The notes under the pieces: model-generated | The model's database searches: none | What the model was told of the DNA's origin: nothing | What the model saw: the letters and a program-made list of their open reading frames with translations, nothing else | Translations under genes and position numbers: made by a program | Shown here: positions 38,528 to 47,902 of the stretch, one piece after another | How the letters are laid out: every line of letters begins with the position of its first letter | Numbering within the stretch: position 1 is the first letter of the stretch | Source: Actinomycetes bacterium | GTDB taxonomy: Bacteria > Actinomycetota > Acidimicrobiia > Acidimicrobiales > JAJZXF01 | Assembly: GCA_021802485.1 (NCBI GenBank) | Contig: JAJZXF010000001.1 | Span: forward strand, 46,872 to 110,871 | DNA: 64,000 nt | Direction of reading: 5' to 3'

Positions 38528-39715
38528 ATGGTCGAGACAATGGAAGCAGGGGCTGAACGGGTCGATGCCTCGCAGCCGCATCGACGGCCACAGCTCACTG
38601 CCGGGGAATTCGCGGCGAAGATCGCCGCTAACCCGTATATAGCGGACCTGCGGTCAGGAAATGCCGACCTGCGGTGGTTCAAAGCAAAACCGGGGGAAGG
38701 AGTGTGGGGGTCGTGGGGAGTTCGAGCGGTCCCGTCCCGTAGAGGCATCACCCTCATGGACATTGAGCGGGCAGCGGGAACAGAGCCAGGGCCCGAAGGG
38801 CCCTCGGTCACAGCTCCAAGAGGCGCGGGTTACGCTGATGACATCGGGACATCGCCGTGGGAGATCAACGGCAAGTGGGAGGTGTGGGCCGACAACCTAG
38901 TCACGCTCTACGAAGAGGCCTGCAGTAGGCAGTGGAACGCCACAGCTGACATCGACTGGTCCAGGCTCGAGCCGCTGCCAAATGATCTAGAACGCGCTCT
39001 CTGCCAGTACAACACCTTCCTGACCATGGGCGAGTACCTGGCGACCGATGTGCTCGCACCGTGGCTCCCGCGGTTCAATACCTACTTCCACGAGATCAAG
39101 CTGTTCATCGCCAGCCAGGCGATGGACGAGGCACGCCATACCGAAGTCTTCCGCAAGCGCATCTACGCAAACGGGGGCGGCATGGGCATGGCGATAAAGC
39201 TCGGGGGAGCATTGGCCCGGGCCGGTGGCGGCATGGCGAATGCCGCTTCGAACCCGCTGTTCTCATCATGGCGGGACGTCTCATTCGCTATCCACGTGGT
39301 CTTCGAGGGCGCAATCCTCTCAATGTTCCGCTTTGGCGAATTCCTTGGAAAGACCGACGTGGACAAGCAGATTTTCAGGATGGTCATGCAAGACGAGGCG
39401 CGCCACGTCTCCTACGGCACCATGCATCTCAAGTTCCTGCTCGACAACGCCCCTGACCCAGAGTCAGAGCGTGAACGGCTGCATGCGCTCGCAGACATCG
39501 CCGAGGTGTTCTTCTTGGATCTGTTCTTCCTGCAACCAGGGACTATCGAGTCCTGCGCAATCCTGGCCGGCGATGGCCTGGACGGTTTCGCACAGGGGCT
39601 TGAGACTTACAAGAGCGTCTACAAGAAGATGCGTGAAGAGTACCTTTCTCGAATCAAGCGAGCTGGCCTGGATCGCTCGCAGAAGTGCATGTTCCCGCTC
39701 GAGCTGCCCTTCTGA
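38528..39715 (+). CDS. Ferritin-like diiron-carboxylate protein (putative oxygenase/oxidase)
   Basis: Two E...(D/E)EARH motifs: GEYLATD...AMDEARHTEVF and FEGAILS...MQDEARHVSYG. SD GGAGGG at 38517-38522 precedes ATG 38528 (the ORF track starts at GTG 38522). Confidence 0.7.
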   Translation: MVETMEAGAERVDASQPHRRPQLTAGEFAAKIAANPYIADLRSGNADLRWFKAKPGEGVWGSWGVRAVPSRRGITLMDIERAAGTEPGPEGPSVTAPRGAGYADDIGTSPWEINGKWEVWADNLVTLYEEACSRQWNATADIDWSRLEPLPNDLERALCQYNTFLTMGEYLATDVLAPWLPRFNTYFHEIKLFIASQAMDEARHTEVFRKRIYANGGGMGMAIKLGGALARAGGGMANAASNPLFSSWRDVSFAIHVVFEGAILSMFRFGEFLGKTDVDKQIFRMVMQDEARHVSYGTMHLKFLLDNAPDPESERERLHALADIAEVFFLDLFFLQPGTIESCAILAGDGLDGFAQGLETYKSVYKKMREEYLSRIKRAGLDRSQKCMFPLELPF

Positions 39716-39800
39716 GGATGGCATTCACGAGCCTGACGCGCAGCGGGGCTGAGGCTAGAAGGAGCGGGGCAGGGAAAAGGCGACCGACGATGAAGGAGGA

Positions 39801-40982
39801 ATGGCAATGAACGCCAACGCAGAGCAGGCTGATCGGCGCTACAGCGTCGTGTCGGTGGACGACCACGTGGTCGAGCCGCCCAACGTGTTCCAGGACCGCC
39901 TACCAGCAAAACTACGCGAGCGGGGGCCCAGGGTGGTCTCCACGGATGACGCCGACGTATGGGAGATCGACGGGACCAGGCATCCGATCACTGGGCTATC
40001 CGCGATGGCCGGACGATCCTTTGAGGAGTACACGCCAAAGGCCTTGCGCTTTGTTGAGATGCGTCCCGGTTGTCACGATGCTGCCCAGCGCCTCATCGAC
40101 ATGGATGCGGACGGGGTCGATGCCGAACTTCTCTTCGGCACGCTGGCCGGCCTCGCAGGTGGCACCTTCATAGACCTCGCAGCGCAGGATGCCGAACTCG
40201 CTATGGCTTGCATGGCCGCCTACAACGACTGGCTCGCGAGCGAGTGGTGCGCTGTCGATCAAGCCCGCCTCGTTCCCCAGTGCATCCTGCCTCTCTGGGA
40301 TCTTCAAGCAGCAGCAATTGAGCTGGAACGCTGCATCGGAATTGGACACAAGGCAGCCTTGCTACCCGGGCTTCCCCACGTGTTCGATCTACCTGCCTTC
40401 GCCAGCGATGCCTGGGTGCCACTGCTAAGCACCTGCGAGGAAGCAGGGGTGCCGATCGCTCTCCACATCGGCGGCTCGATCGGACGCAAGCAGGCGGCGG
40501 AGACGCTGGGTGCCCTTGGCCCCGATGCTGGGGTCCCTGCCGAGACCCTGGTGGCAAGCGCGCCGCTGACAAACTACGGGGTGCTCGCGAACGTCGTGTT
40601 CAGCGGCGTGCCGGTACGCTATCCAAAGCTGAAGATCGTGTCCGTGGAGTCCGGCATCGGCTGGATCGGCTACTTCCTCGAGCGAATGGACTGGACATAC
40701 GAGCGCCACCGCTTCTGGACTCACTCCCAACTCACCGAGCCGCCAAGCCACTACTTCCGCCGCCAGATTTACGGAACCTTCCTGGTCGACGACACGGGCA
40801 TCGATACGATCGAGCGGATCGGAACGCGGAACGTCATGTGGGAGTCCGACTACCCCCATACCGACACAACCTGGCCAAAGTCTCGCGAGCTGATCAAGAC
40901 GCACCTCGGCCACCTCGCGCCCGAAATCCTTCATGACGTAATCGCCGGAAACGCCGTGCGGGTCTACAGCCTCGAGACATGA
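39801..40982 (+). CDS. Amidohydrolase_2 (ACMSD/TIM-barrel metal-dependent hydrolase/decarboxylase) family protein
   Basis: 393 aa with N-terminal VSVDDHVVEPP (metal-binding D-H), the HIGG motif and C-terminal WESDYPHTDTTWP. SD AAGGAGGA lies upstream. Confidence 0.8.
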   Translation: MAMNANAEQADRRYSVVSVDDHVVEPPNVFQDRLPAKLRERGPRVVSTDDADVWEIDGTRHPITGLSAMAGRSFEEYTPKALRFVEMRPGCHDAAQRLIDMDADGVDAELLFGTLAGLAGGTFIDLAAQDAELAMACMAAYNDWLASEWCAVDQARLVPQCILPLWDLQAAAIELERCIGIGHKAALLPGLPHVFDLPAFASDAWVPLLSTCEEAGVPIALHIGGSIGRKQAAETLGALGPDAGVPAETLVASAPLTNYGVLANVVFSGVPVRYPKLKIVSVESGIGWIGYFLERMDWTYERHRFWTHSQLTEPPSHYFRRQIYGTFLVDDTGIDTIERIGTRNVMWESDYPHTDTTWPKSRELIKTHLGHLAPEILHDVIAGNAVRVYSLET

Positions 40983-41138
40983 ACCACCGCGCACCGAGAG
41001 GCCACCCCGCAGACGCGAAGTGTGGTCGAAAAGTTCAACGACAGACCCCGGCCAAGACACCGCCAGCCACAAGACGCTGCGGAGTCAGCAACCAAGAGAC
41101 CAACAGGCAACAGACCGCGATCTAAGGAGCAAGTGCCA

Positions 41139-42293
41139 ATGGACATCTACCCGATCTCGACCGATGACCACGCGTGGGAGAAGCCCGACACCTTCACCTC
41201 TAGGGTAGCGTCGAATCTTCGCGAAGACTGCCCTCACCTGGAGGTACAAGACGGTGAGCACTGGTGGGTATATGCGGGAAGGCGCGTCCGCAAGGTAGGC
41301 ACGGGTGCAGCCGCAATGATGCCCGATCGAGGAGCGATAAAGTTCTTCGAAGAGGCACCGCCGGCTGTTTACGATGCCCGAGCCCGCCTCGAGACGATGG
41401 ACGCAGACGGGGTTGCAGCAGAGGTTCTGTTCCCGCAGGCAGCAGGGTTCGGTGGCGGCCCCTTCGTCTCGACAGAAGGTTCGATTGAGTTACGCCTCGC
41501 CTGCATTCGCGCTTACAACGACTACCTGGCCGAAGAGTGGGCCGGCGTGAGCCCTCGCTTCGTCGCACAGTGCCTCCTTCCGATGTGGGACGTCAGCGAG
41601 GCGGTCATTGAAGTGCACAGGGCCAGCGCTCTCGGACACAGGGCGGTGGTATGGACCGCTGCACCCCAGGTCTACGGCTTCCCACACTTCAACGATGGCT
41701 ACTGGGATCCCCTCTGGGCAACACTTCAAGAGCTGAAGATGCCCGTAGCTCTTCACATCGGCTCAGCAAAGGCCACCCAGGAGCTCTGGAGCGGCTATTC
41801 GTTCTTCTCTCGCCTCGCGATGGTCTCGGTCACAGCGATCACGAGCAACCTTCAAGTGGTGACGAACCTGCTGTTCTCAGGCATACTGGAGCGATTCCCG
41901 GAACTCATGTTCCTCTCGGTCGAAAGCGGTCTTGGATGGGTTCCCTACCTACTCGAGACCGCTGACCACCAATATGAGCAGCAGCATCTGTGGGACTCGG
42001 GCATGTCCATGCGGCCGAGCGAGTACTTCCACCGCCAGGTGTGCGTCAACTTCTGGTTCGAGCACAGCGGCATCGAGATGAGGCACATGATCGGCATCGA
42101 CAACATCATGTGGGAAGCCGACTTCCCGCACCCGACATCCACCTATCCACACTCGCGAAAGGCCATCGAGACATCACTTGCTGGGGTGCCGGCCGAAGAG
42201 CAGAAACGCATGTTGCAGACGAACGCCCAGCGAGTATTCGGCATCGACATCGACCCGGCTAGCCTTCCCGAGTCCACCTGCTACCGGATCTAA
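41139..42293 (+). CDS. Amidohydrolase_2 family protein, paralog
   Basis: The ORF track starts at 41022. ATG 41139 (MDIYPISTDDHAWEKP), preceded by AAGGAG, is the likelier start. C-terminal WEADFPHPTSTYP matches the paralog upstream. Confidence 0.8.
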   Translation: MDIYPISTDDHAWEKPDTFTSRVASNLREDCPHLEVQDGEHWWVYAGRRVRKVGTGAAAMMPDRGAIKFFEEAPPAVYDARARLETMDADGVAAEVLFPQAAGFGGGPFVSTEGSIELRLACIRAYNDYLAEEWAGVSPRFVAQCLLPMWDVSEAVIEVHRASALGHRAVVWTAAPQVYGFPHFNDGYWDPLWATLQELKMPVALHIGSAKATQELWSGYSFFSRLAMVSVTAITSNLQVVTNLLFSGILERFPELMFLSVESGLGWVPYLLETADHQYEQQHLWDSGMSMRPSEYFHRQVCVNFWFEHSGIEMRHMIGIDNIMWEADFPHPTSTYPHSRKAIETSLAGVPAEEQKRMLQTNAQRVFGIDIDPASLPESTCYRI

Positions 42294-42300
42294 GCCAGCG

Positions 42301-44166
42301 ATGCGTGCTGATCTGGAGGGCCTTGCAAGACGAAGGGAACCCCTAACCGGGGGGGCACCGGTTGACCCTATCGATGCGGAGGTGATCCGCTCCGCGATGG
42401 AGACGATCTGCTTCCAGATGGCAATGTACGTATCCCGCACCGCAACAACTCCGATCCTCAATGAAAGCAACGAACGAAACGCCTCGATTCTCGACCGCAA
42501 CGGCCGCCTCGCCGCGCTCTCGGTTGGGGTGCCACAGCTCATGCTCTGCTCATCACTTCCAATTCGCTTCGCGCTCGAGTTCCTTGGCGCTGACGACCTC
42601 CACGAAGGCGACATCCTCCTCGGCAACGATCCCTACTTCGGAGCTGGCCACCTTCCCGATTACAACGTCTTTGCTCCCGTGTTCGCCGACGGCCGACTCG
42701 TACTGGTGGCAAGCATCCAATGCCACCACGGTGACACCGGCGGAAGCGTGCCCGGCGGGTACAACGTCACCGCTAACGACATCTGGGGCGAGGGAGCGCG
42801 CTGGCCTGTCATCAAGCTCGTCGACGCTGGAGTCGAACGCCGTGACACGATGCTGTGCCTCCAAGCTAACTGCAGGCTGGAGAGCTTTTCTGGCGACATT
42901 CATGCGCAAATGGGAGCAGCCCGTCTCGGCGCCGAACGTCTCAGCGATCTGGTAAGACGGTATGGAGCCGACACTATAGAGGCGGCAGTCGACCACTTCA
43001 TCGACACCACCGGGCGTGCAGTGCGAGACGAGGTCACCACCTGGCCTGACGGAGTCTACGAGGCAGACGCCTTTGTCGACCATGACCCGTGGGGCAATCA
43101 GGACGTTCGCATCCACGTATCGGCAACGGTCGCTGCTGATACGCTCTCGATCGACTTCACGGGCACAGACACCCGAGACGAGCTCCAGGCATGGTCCGCC
43201 TTCGGAAACGCTCGAGGCTTCACGGTTGCCCAGATAGCAGCCATGATCGACCCTGCGATCCCGAAGAACGAAGGGTTCTTCGACGTGGTGGAGATCAACA
43301 TTCCCAAAGGATGCGTCCTTAATCCCCACATGGGAAAGCCGGTAAGCGCAGGCACCCATCACCCAGGCACCGAGGTCGGCGACGCGATCGCACTCGCACT
43401 CAATCAGGTACGCCCCGAGCGAGCGGTACCACAGACTTACAAAACGGGTATCCCAACGACCATAGCCGGAACCGATCCTCGAGACGGCCACCGGTTCGTC
43501 GATCCGTCGACCGAGGTTTACGCCGGATGGTGCAATGCTGCAAAGGGAATCGATGCTTGGGGCGCGCAGAACGCCTCGTACGGGAACCTCTGGAAGGCCA
43601 CCGCTGAGATCAACGAGAGCCTCTACCCGCATGTACTCTGGAGCCGCGACTACCGCTGCGACTCGGGTGGTCCCGGCCAGTGGCGAGGATTGTGCGGAAG
43701 CCACTATGTAAAGGAGGTTCGGGTCCCGTCGAAGGTCTACACCTACGTCGTCGGGATGAAGTATCCGATGCCTGGAATTGCAGGCGGGCGGCCCGGAGCA
43801 CCGAACAAGCTAACCCTCAAGGTGGGCTCGGACTCCCCAGTCGTCGTTCACCACAGCGCCGACTGGGTCCCTCTCGAACCTGGCGAGAAGATTGTATACG
43901 ACTACGGTGGCGGCGGCGGGTGGGGAGACCCGCTCGACCGTGACCCCCAAGCAGTCTTAGACGACGTTCTGGACGAGTACGTAAGCCTCGACGGAGCGCG
44001 GCGCGACTACGGGGTGGTCATCACAGGATCGCTCGACGAGCTGACCCTCGCGGTCGACGAGGCGTCCACGGTCTCGTTGCGCTCCACTATGAGGGCTGAG
44101 CAGGCAGGCACAGCAAGAACAACAGGGACGCAAAGCAAGTCGTCTGAAGAGAGGAGCACCTTGTGA
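42301..44166 (+). CDS. Hydantoinase B/oxoprolinase-family (HyuB-type) subunit
   Basis: The ORF track starts at 42178; ATG 42301 is the likelier start. VDPIDAEVIRSAMETICFQMAMYVSRTATTPILNESNERNASILD is the typical HyuB N-terminus. No HyuA-type partner is present in the window. Confidence 0.8.
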   Translation: MRADLEGLARRREPLTGGAPVDPIDAEVIRSAMETICFQMAMYVSRTATTPILNESNERNASILDRNGRLAALSVGVPQLMLCSSLPIRFALEFLGADDLHEGDILLGNDPYFGAGHLPDYNVFAPVFADGRLVLVASIQCHHGDTGGSVPGGYNVTANDIWGEGARWPVIKLVDAGVERRDTMLCLQANCRLESFSGDIHAQMGAARLGAERLSDLVRRYGADTIEAAVDHFIDTTGRAVRDEVTTWPDGVYEADAFVDHDPWGNQDVRIHVSATVAADTLSIDFTGTDTRDELQAWSAFGNARGFTVAQIAAMIDPAIPKNEGFFDVVEINIPKGCVLNPHMGKPVSAGTHHPGTEVGDAIALALNQVRPERAVPQTYKTGIPTTIAGTDPRDGHRFVDPSTEVYAGWCNAAKGIDAWGAQNASYGNLWKATAEINESLYPHVLWSRDYRCDSGGPGQWRGLCGSHYVKEVRVPSKVYTYVVGMKYPMPGIAGGRPGAPNKLTLKVGSDSPVVVHHSADWVPLEPGEKIVYDYGGGGGWGDPLDRDPQAVLDDVLDEYVSLDGARRDYGVVITGSLDELTLAVDEASTVSLRSTMRAEQAGTARTTGTQSKSSEERSTL

Positions 44167-44636
44167 GTACTGTGAGCGAAGTGGAAGATCGCGAGAAGAC
44201 GCCAAGGGAGACCCCACCAGTTGACTTCGACTCCGTAGCCTTCTTCGAGCAACTCGCTGCGTCAGCACGAACCCACTTTGAGCGATACCGAAAGCTTGGC
44301 ATGACCGACATAGCCCTGTGTGTGAAGATTGGCGACAACGCGTACAGGCTCGTCTTCGAGGACTACGAGTGCATAGAGGTCGCTGCGTATGAACCCGGCT
44401 CGCACGTCGACTGCGTTCTCGCAGCGTCTAAGGATGACTGGCATGAGCTCCTATCCCACCTCGCATCGCGATCGAGTGCTGACGCGGCTCATACTCTCAA
44501 TAGCCTGGTGCTCGCGGGGGACCGTTTTCGCCTCGAGGGTGATGACCAGCTCGGCTTGGACAAGTTCTACCGCTACAACGCGACCCTCCAATCCTTCTTC
44601 GAAGAGACGTCTCATGTGCGGGTGCAGTTCCACTGA
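44163..44636 (+). CDS. SCP2/sterol-carrier-like small protein
   Basis: 157 aa with the GTGA start/stop overlap to the HyuB gene. The C-terminal LVLAGDRFRLEGDDQLGLDKF resembles the SCP2 pattern (..G.l.v.Gd......l..lf). Confidence 0.5.
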   Translation: MSTVSEVEDREKTPRETPPVDFDSVAFFEQLAASARTHFERYRKLGMTDIALCVKIGDNAYRLVFEDYECIEVAAYEPGSHVDCVLAASKDDWHELLSHLASRSSADAAHTLNSLVLAGDRFRLEGDDQLGLDKFYRYNATLQSFFEETSHVRVQFH

Positions 44637-44672
44637 CAGGCCGGCACCAGCAGGTACGACGCTGAGCACACC

Positions 44673-45137
44673 GTGAGTCTGACCATCCTCGCCGAGCCAT
44701 GTATCGGATGCGGAGCCTGCGAGTTCGGCTGCCCGACCGAAGCCATCCACAGACCTGCGACCTCCTCGGCCAGCCGGGCATTCTGGATCGAGACCTACCT
44801 TTGCAACGACTGCGGCTGGTGCCCGACCGCCTGCCCGGTCGACTGCATCCTTACGGACCCCGATACCGTCATCTGTCACCAGCGCGGCTGTCCCGTCGCC
44901 CCAACCGGAAGGGGCCCCGCGGCTGGCTTCGACTGCACTGAGATGGCGAGCCTATGCGCGGATTGCGGCGAGATCCTCTGGCGCCAGCACGAAACCGACC
45001 CATGGCAGTGCCCACACTGCACCATCGGCATGCAGGTTGGATGTCCGAAGACCGCATGGCTTCGCAAAGGCAGAACCGGCCAGCGCATCCCGCGCCGCAG
45101 CGCCGCGGAGCTATATGAGCTGCGCAATCACGCGTGA
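44673..45137 (+). CDS. 2x[4Fe-4S] ferredoxin with C-terminal zinc-ribbon
   Basis: CIGCGACEFGCP and CNDCGWCPTACP (CxxCxxCxxxCP twice), followed by CADCGE...CPHC. Confidence 0.8.
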   Translation: MSLTILAEPCIGCGACEFGCPTEAIHRPATSSASRAFWIETYLCNDCGWCPTACPVDCILTDPDTVICHQRGCPVAPTGRGPAAGFDCTEMASLCADCGEILWRQHETDPWQCPHCTIGMQVGCPKTAWLRKGRTGQRIPRRSAAELYELRNHA

Positions 45138-45317
45138 CCTGCTCCCAGCAACTCACGCACGCTCGAATGCCAACAGCTTGAACACCCCCAAGGATCCCGT
45201 GAGCTCAGCTGATTTTGACAAGTGCCGTTCGCGCTAAGTGGGTACTCACCTTTTAGTATATGGTAGCTTGATCAATAAGTTCGTGAATCCGTAAAGGGGG
45301 ACCACCATGACCCAAGG

Positions 45318-46970
45318 ATGCCCACAATGAGCGGCGTCACAGCATTCCAAGCTCCGGATGTCGAGACTCGCCGGGGCCGCTGGTGGATCCTTGTCGCGAT
45401 GGTGTTCGGCCTCTTCATGCCGATGCTCGACAATCTCGTCGTGAACGTCGCAATGCCAACTATCCAGCGTCGGCTCGGGGCGGGAATATCGGAGCTCCAG
45501 TGGATCATCGATGCCTACACACTTGCATTTGCCGCCTTCATGCTCACCGGGGGGACCCTGGGCGACATCTACGGCCGCAAACGGCTGTTCACAACGGGAC
45601 TTGCGGTGTTCAGCCTGGGTTCACTTGCATGCGCTATGTCATCGAACATCCACGAGCTGATCGCATTCCGGATCATTCAGGGACTTGGCGGGGCACTCAT
45701 CCTCCCCGGATCGCTCGCTATCATCACGGCAAACTTCCAAGGTCGCGAGCGCGGGGCAGCTATCGGAATCTGGTCCGCGATATCGGGCCTTGCAATAGCG
45801 ATCGGCCCGCTGATTGGAGGCTATCTAGTCCAGTACGTGAGCTGGGAGAGCATCTTCTTTATCAACGTGCCTATCGGCGTGGTGGCCATCGGCCTCACCC
45901 TCGCCGTCGTGCCTGAGTCCAAGGATACGTCCGGCAAGCGCCGGCTCGACATACGCGGAGCCGTTACGGGGACCCTCGGCCTGTTCTTCCTCGTCTACGC
46001 TACGATCGAGGGCAATCCGCGGGGTTGGTCGAACTGGCTCATCATCGTGTCATACGCTCTTTCTGCAGCGCTTCTCATTGCGTTCTGGTCGATGGAGCGA
46101 CGCAGCAAAGCGCCCATGCTCCCTCTCAGGTTTTTCCGTAATCGAACTTTCTCTGCTGGGGTCGCCGTCGCGGCTTGCGTCTTCTTCTCGCTTTTCGGAG
46201 TCATGTTCTTCTTCTCCCTCTACCTGCAGAACGTAAAGGGGTACTCTCCTATCGGCGCCGGAGAGAGGCTGCTGCCACTCACTGTGATGATCCTGCTCGT
46301 AGCGCCAATCGCTGGGCAGTTGTCAGACCGGTTTGGCTCACGCTGGCTCATGGCCAGTGGCACTTTGGTGCTCGCGGCCGGCCTTGCTATGTTCCTCCGA
46401 GTCGGCTCCAACGCGTCCTACACCACGCTGATCCTTCCAGCGATGGTAGTGATAAGCACTGGTATCGCTCTGACGCTGTCACCGATGAGCGCGGCGATAA
46501 TGGGTTCCCAAGATCCGACGCAGGCAGGGATCGCCTCTGCTGTCCAGACCACCAGCCAGCAGACGGGCGGGGTTGCCGGTGTCGCACTGCTTGGCGCTCT
46601 GATCACAGCCTCCTTTGACCGCTCGTTCGCGGCGAAACTAACAGCATCCGGGTTTCCACACCCGGTCGTGCGGGCCATTCTTTCAAAGGCTGCCAAGAGC
46701 GCCGCTGGAGGTGCCCTGCGGCCCAGCCAGGCACCGCCTCACGTGAAACGAGAGGTGATCCACACAATCATCCTCGCCGCCCACGAGTCCTTCATGCACG
46801 CAACACATACCGGCATCTACCTGGCAATCGGCTTCGCACTGCTCGCCTCTGTGCTATCTGTGCTCTTTGTACGAAACCACGTGACAACCACGACATCCAA
46901 GCCATGCGTACCTCCCCAGGAAACTTCGAGCCTCGCGGAGCGAGCATCGACGCCAGCCCGCAGACAATAA
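45318..46970 (+). CDS. MFS transporter, DHA2 (EmrB/QacA-like, 14-TMS) family
   Basis: 550 aa with LDNLVVNVAMPTIQRRLG and GTLGDIYGRKRLF motifs and many TM segments. Alternative start at ATG 45327. Confidence 0.88.
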   Translation: MPTMSGVTAFQAPDVETRRGRWWILVAMVFGLFMPMLDNLVVNVAMPTIQRRLGAGISELQWIIDAYTLAFAAFMLTGGTLGDIYGRKRLFTTGLAVFSLGSLACAMSSNIHELIAFRIIQGLGGALILPGSLAIITANFQGRERGAAIGIWSAISGLAIAIGPLIGGYLVQYVSWESIFFINVPIGVVAIGLTLAVVPESKDTSGKRRLDIRGAVTGTLGLFFLVYATIEGNPRGWSNWLIIVSYALSAALLIAFWSMERRSKAPMLPLRFFRNRTFSAGVAVAACVFFSLFGVMFFFSLYLQNVKGYSPIGAGERLLPLTVMILLVAPIAGQLSDRFGSRWLMASGTLVLAAGLAMFLRVGSNASYTTLILPAMVVISTGIALTLSPMSAAIMGSQDPTQAGIASAVQTTSQQTGGVAGVALLGALITASFDRSFAAKLTASGFPHPVVRAILSKAAKSAAGGALRPSQAPPHVKREVIHTIILAAHESFMHATHTGIYLAIGFALLASVLSVLFVRNHVTTTTSKPCVPPQETSSLAERASTPARRQ

Positions 46971-47062
46971 AGTATCCGCTCATCAGGCACGCAGCATCGA
47001 TCTCTGCGCCAGCTGCTTTATTGCATTCCGCAAGGTTCCTCGCCCTGGTGTCGATATCCAAG

Positions 47063-47902
47063 ATGATGACCCAAACCCCCGGCCAAGCTGGTGAGACGAA
47101 GCGACAGCGCGCCCAGCGCCAAGAAACTCGAACCCGGTCTGTAGCTGGCCGCGAACCGAGCGGAGTACGCTCCCTTGGAACGCCCCGCAGCGGAGGACGC
47201 CCAAGGCATCGTCGTGACACCCGGGCAGACATCTTGAAGGCGGCTCGACGAATAGTCGATACTCGCGGGCCCCACGCTGCTACGACGAAGGAGATCGCGC
47301 GTGTCGCCAAGTGCTCAGAGGGAAGTATCTACCGTTACTTCGAGAGCAAGTACGCCCTCTTTACCGAGCTCACTGGAACCAGCTTGCCGGAACTTAGGTC
47401 CTTTCTTCAAGAACTTCCCTCACGGGTCGGAACGGCTGATCTAGCTGAGACAATGACGGAGCTTGGACGTCTAGCGCTGTCGTTTTACCAGCAGATCGCA
47501 CCATTCGCTAGTGCTGGAATCACCGACTCCGGGCTCCGCAACACCCAACGCCGCCAGTTCCGGGCTCGCGGCGGTCCCCAAGCAGTTGTGCTCGAGGTAG
47601 AGGACTACCTTCGTGACGAGCAAGATCTGGGAAGGCTAAGGGCTGACACATCGCCGATCGCGGTCGCAGGCGCCTTGCTCGGAAGCTGCTTTTCCCGGGC
47701 ATTCATAGTCCTATGGTTAGGCGAAGACGCAAAGCTCGGCTACAACGACGAACAGTTCATCCAAGAGATGGTAAAGGTGCTCATCCTCGGAGCCTCCCCT
47801 GAGATCAAGGCACCCCGCAGCCGAACTCGTGAAGCCGTCAAGACGTCTGAAAAAAACGGCAAGCCGGGACGCGTTGTCAACGGTCAACCCTCAGTCAGGT
47901 GA
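47063..47902 (+). CDS. TetR/AcrR-family transcriptional regulator
   Basis: The ORF track starts at 46904, overlapping the MFS gene; ATG 47063 is the likelier start. The HTH reads ILKAARRIVDTRGPHAATTKEIARVAKCSEGSIYRYFESK. Confidence 0.85.
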   Translation: MMTQTPGQAGETKRQRAQRQETRTRSVAGREPSGVRSLGTPRSGGRPRHRRDTRADILKAARRIVDTRGPHAATTKEIARVAKCSEGSIYRYFESKYALFTELTGTSLPELRSFLQELPSRVGTADLAETMTELGRLALSFYQQIAPFASAGITDSGLRNTQRRQFRARGGPQAVVLEVEDYLRDEQDLGRLRADTSPIAVAGALLGSCFSRAFIVLWLGEDAKLGYNDEQFIQEMVKVLILGASPEIKAPRSRTREAVKTSEKNGKPGRVVNGQPSVR

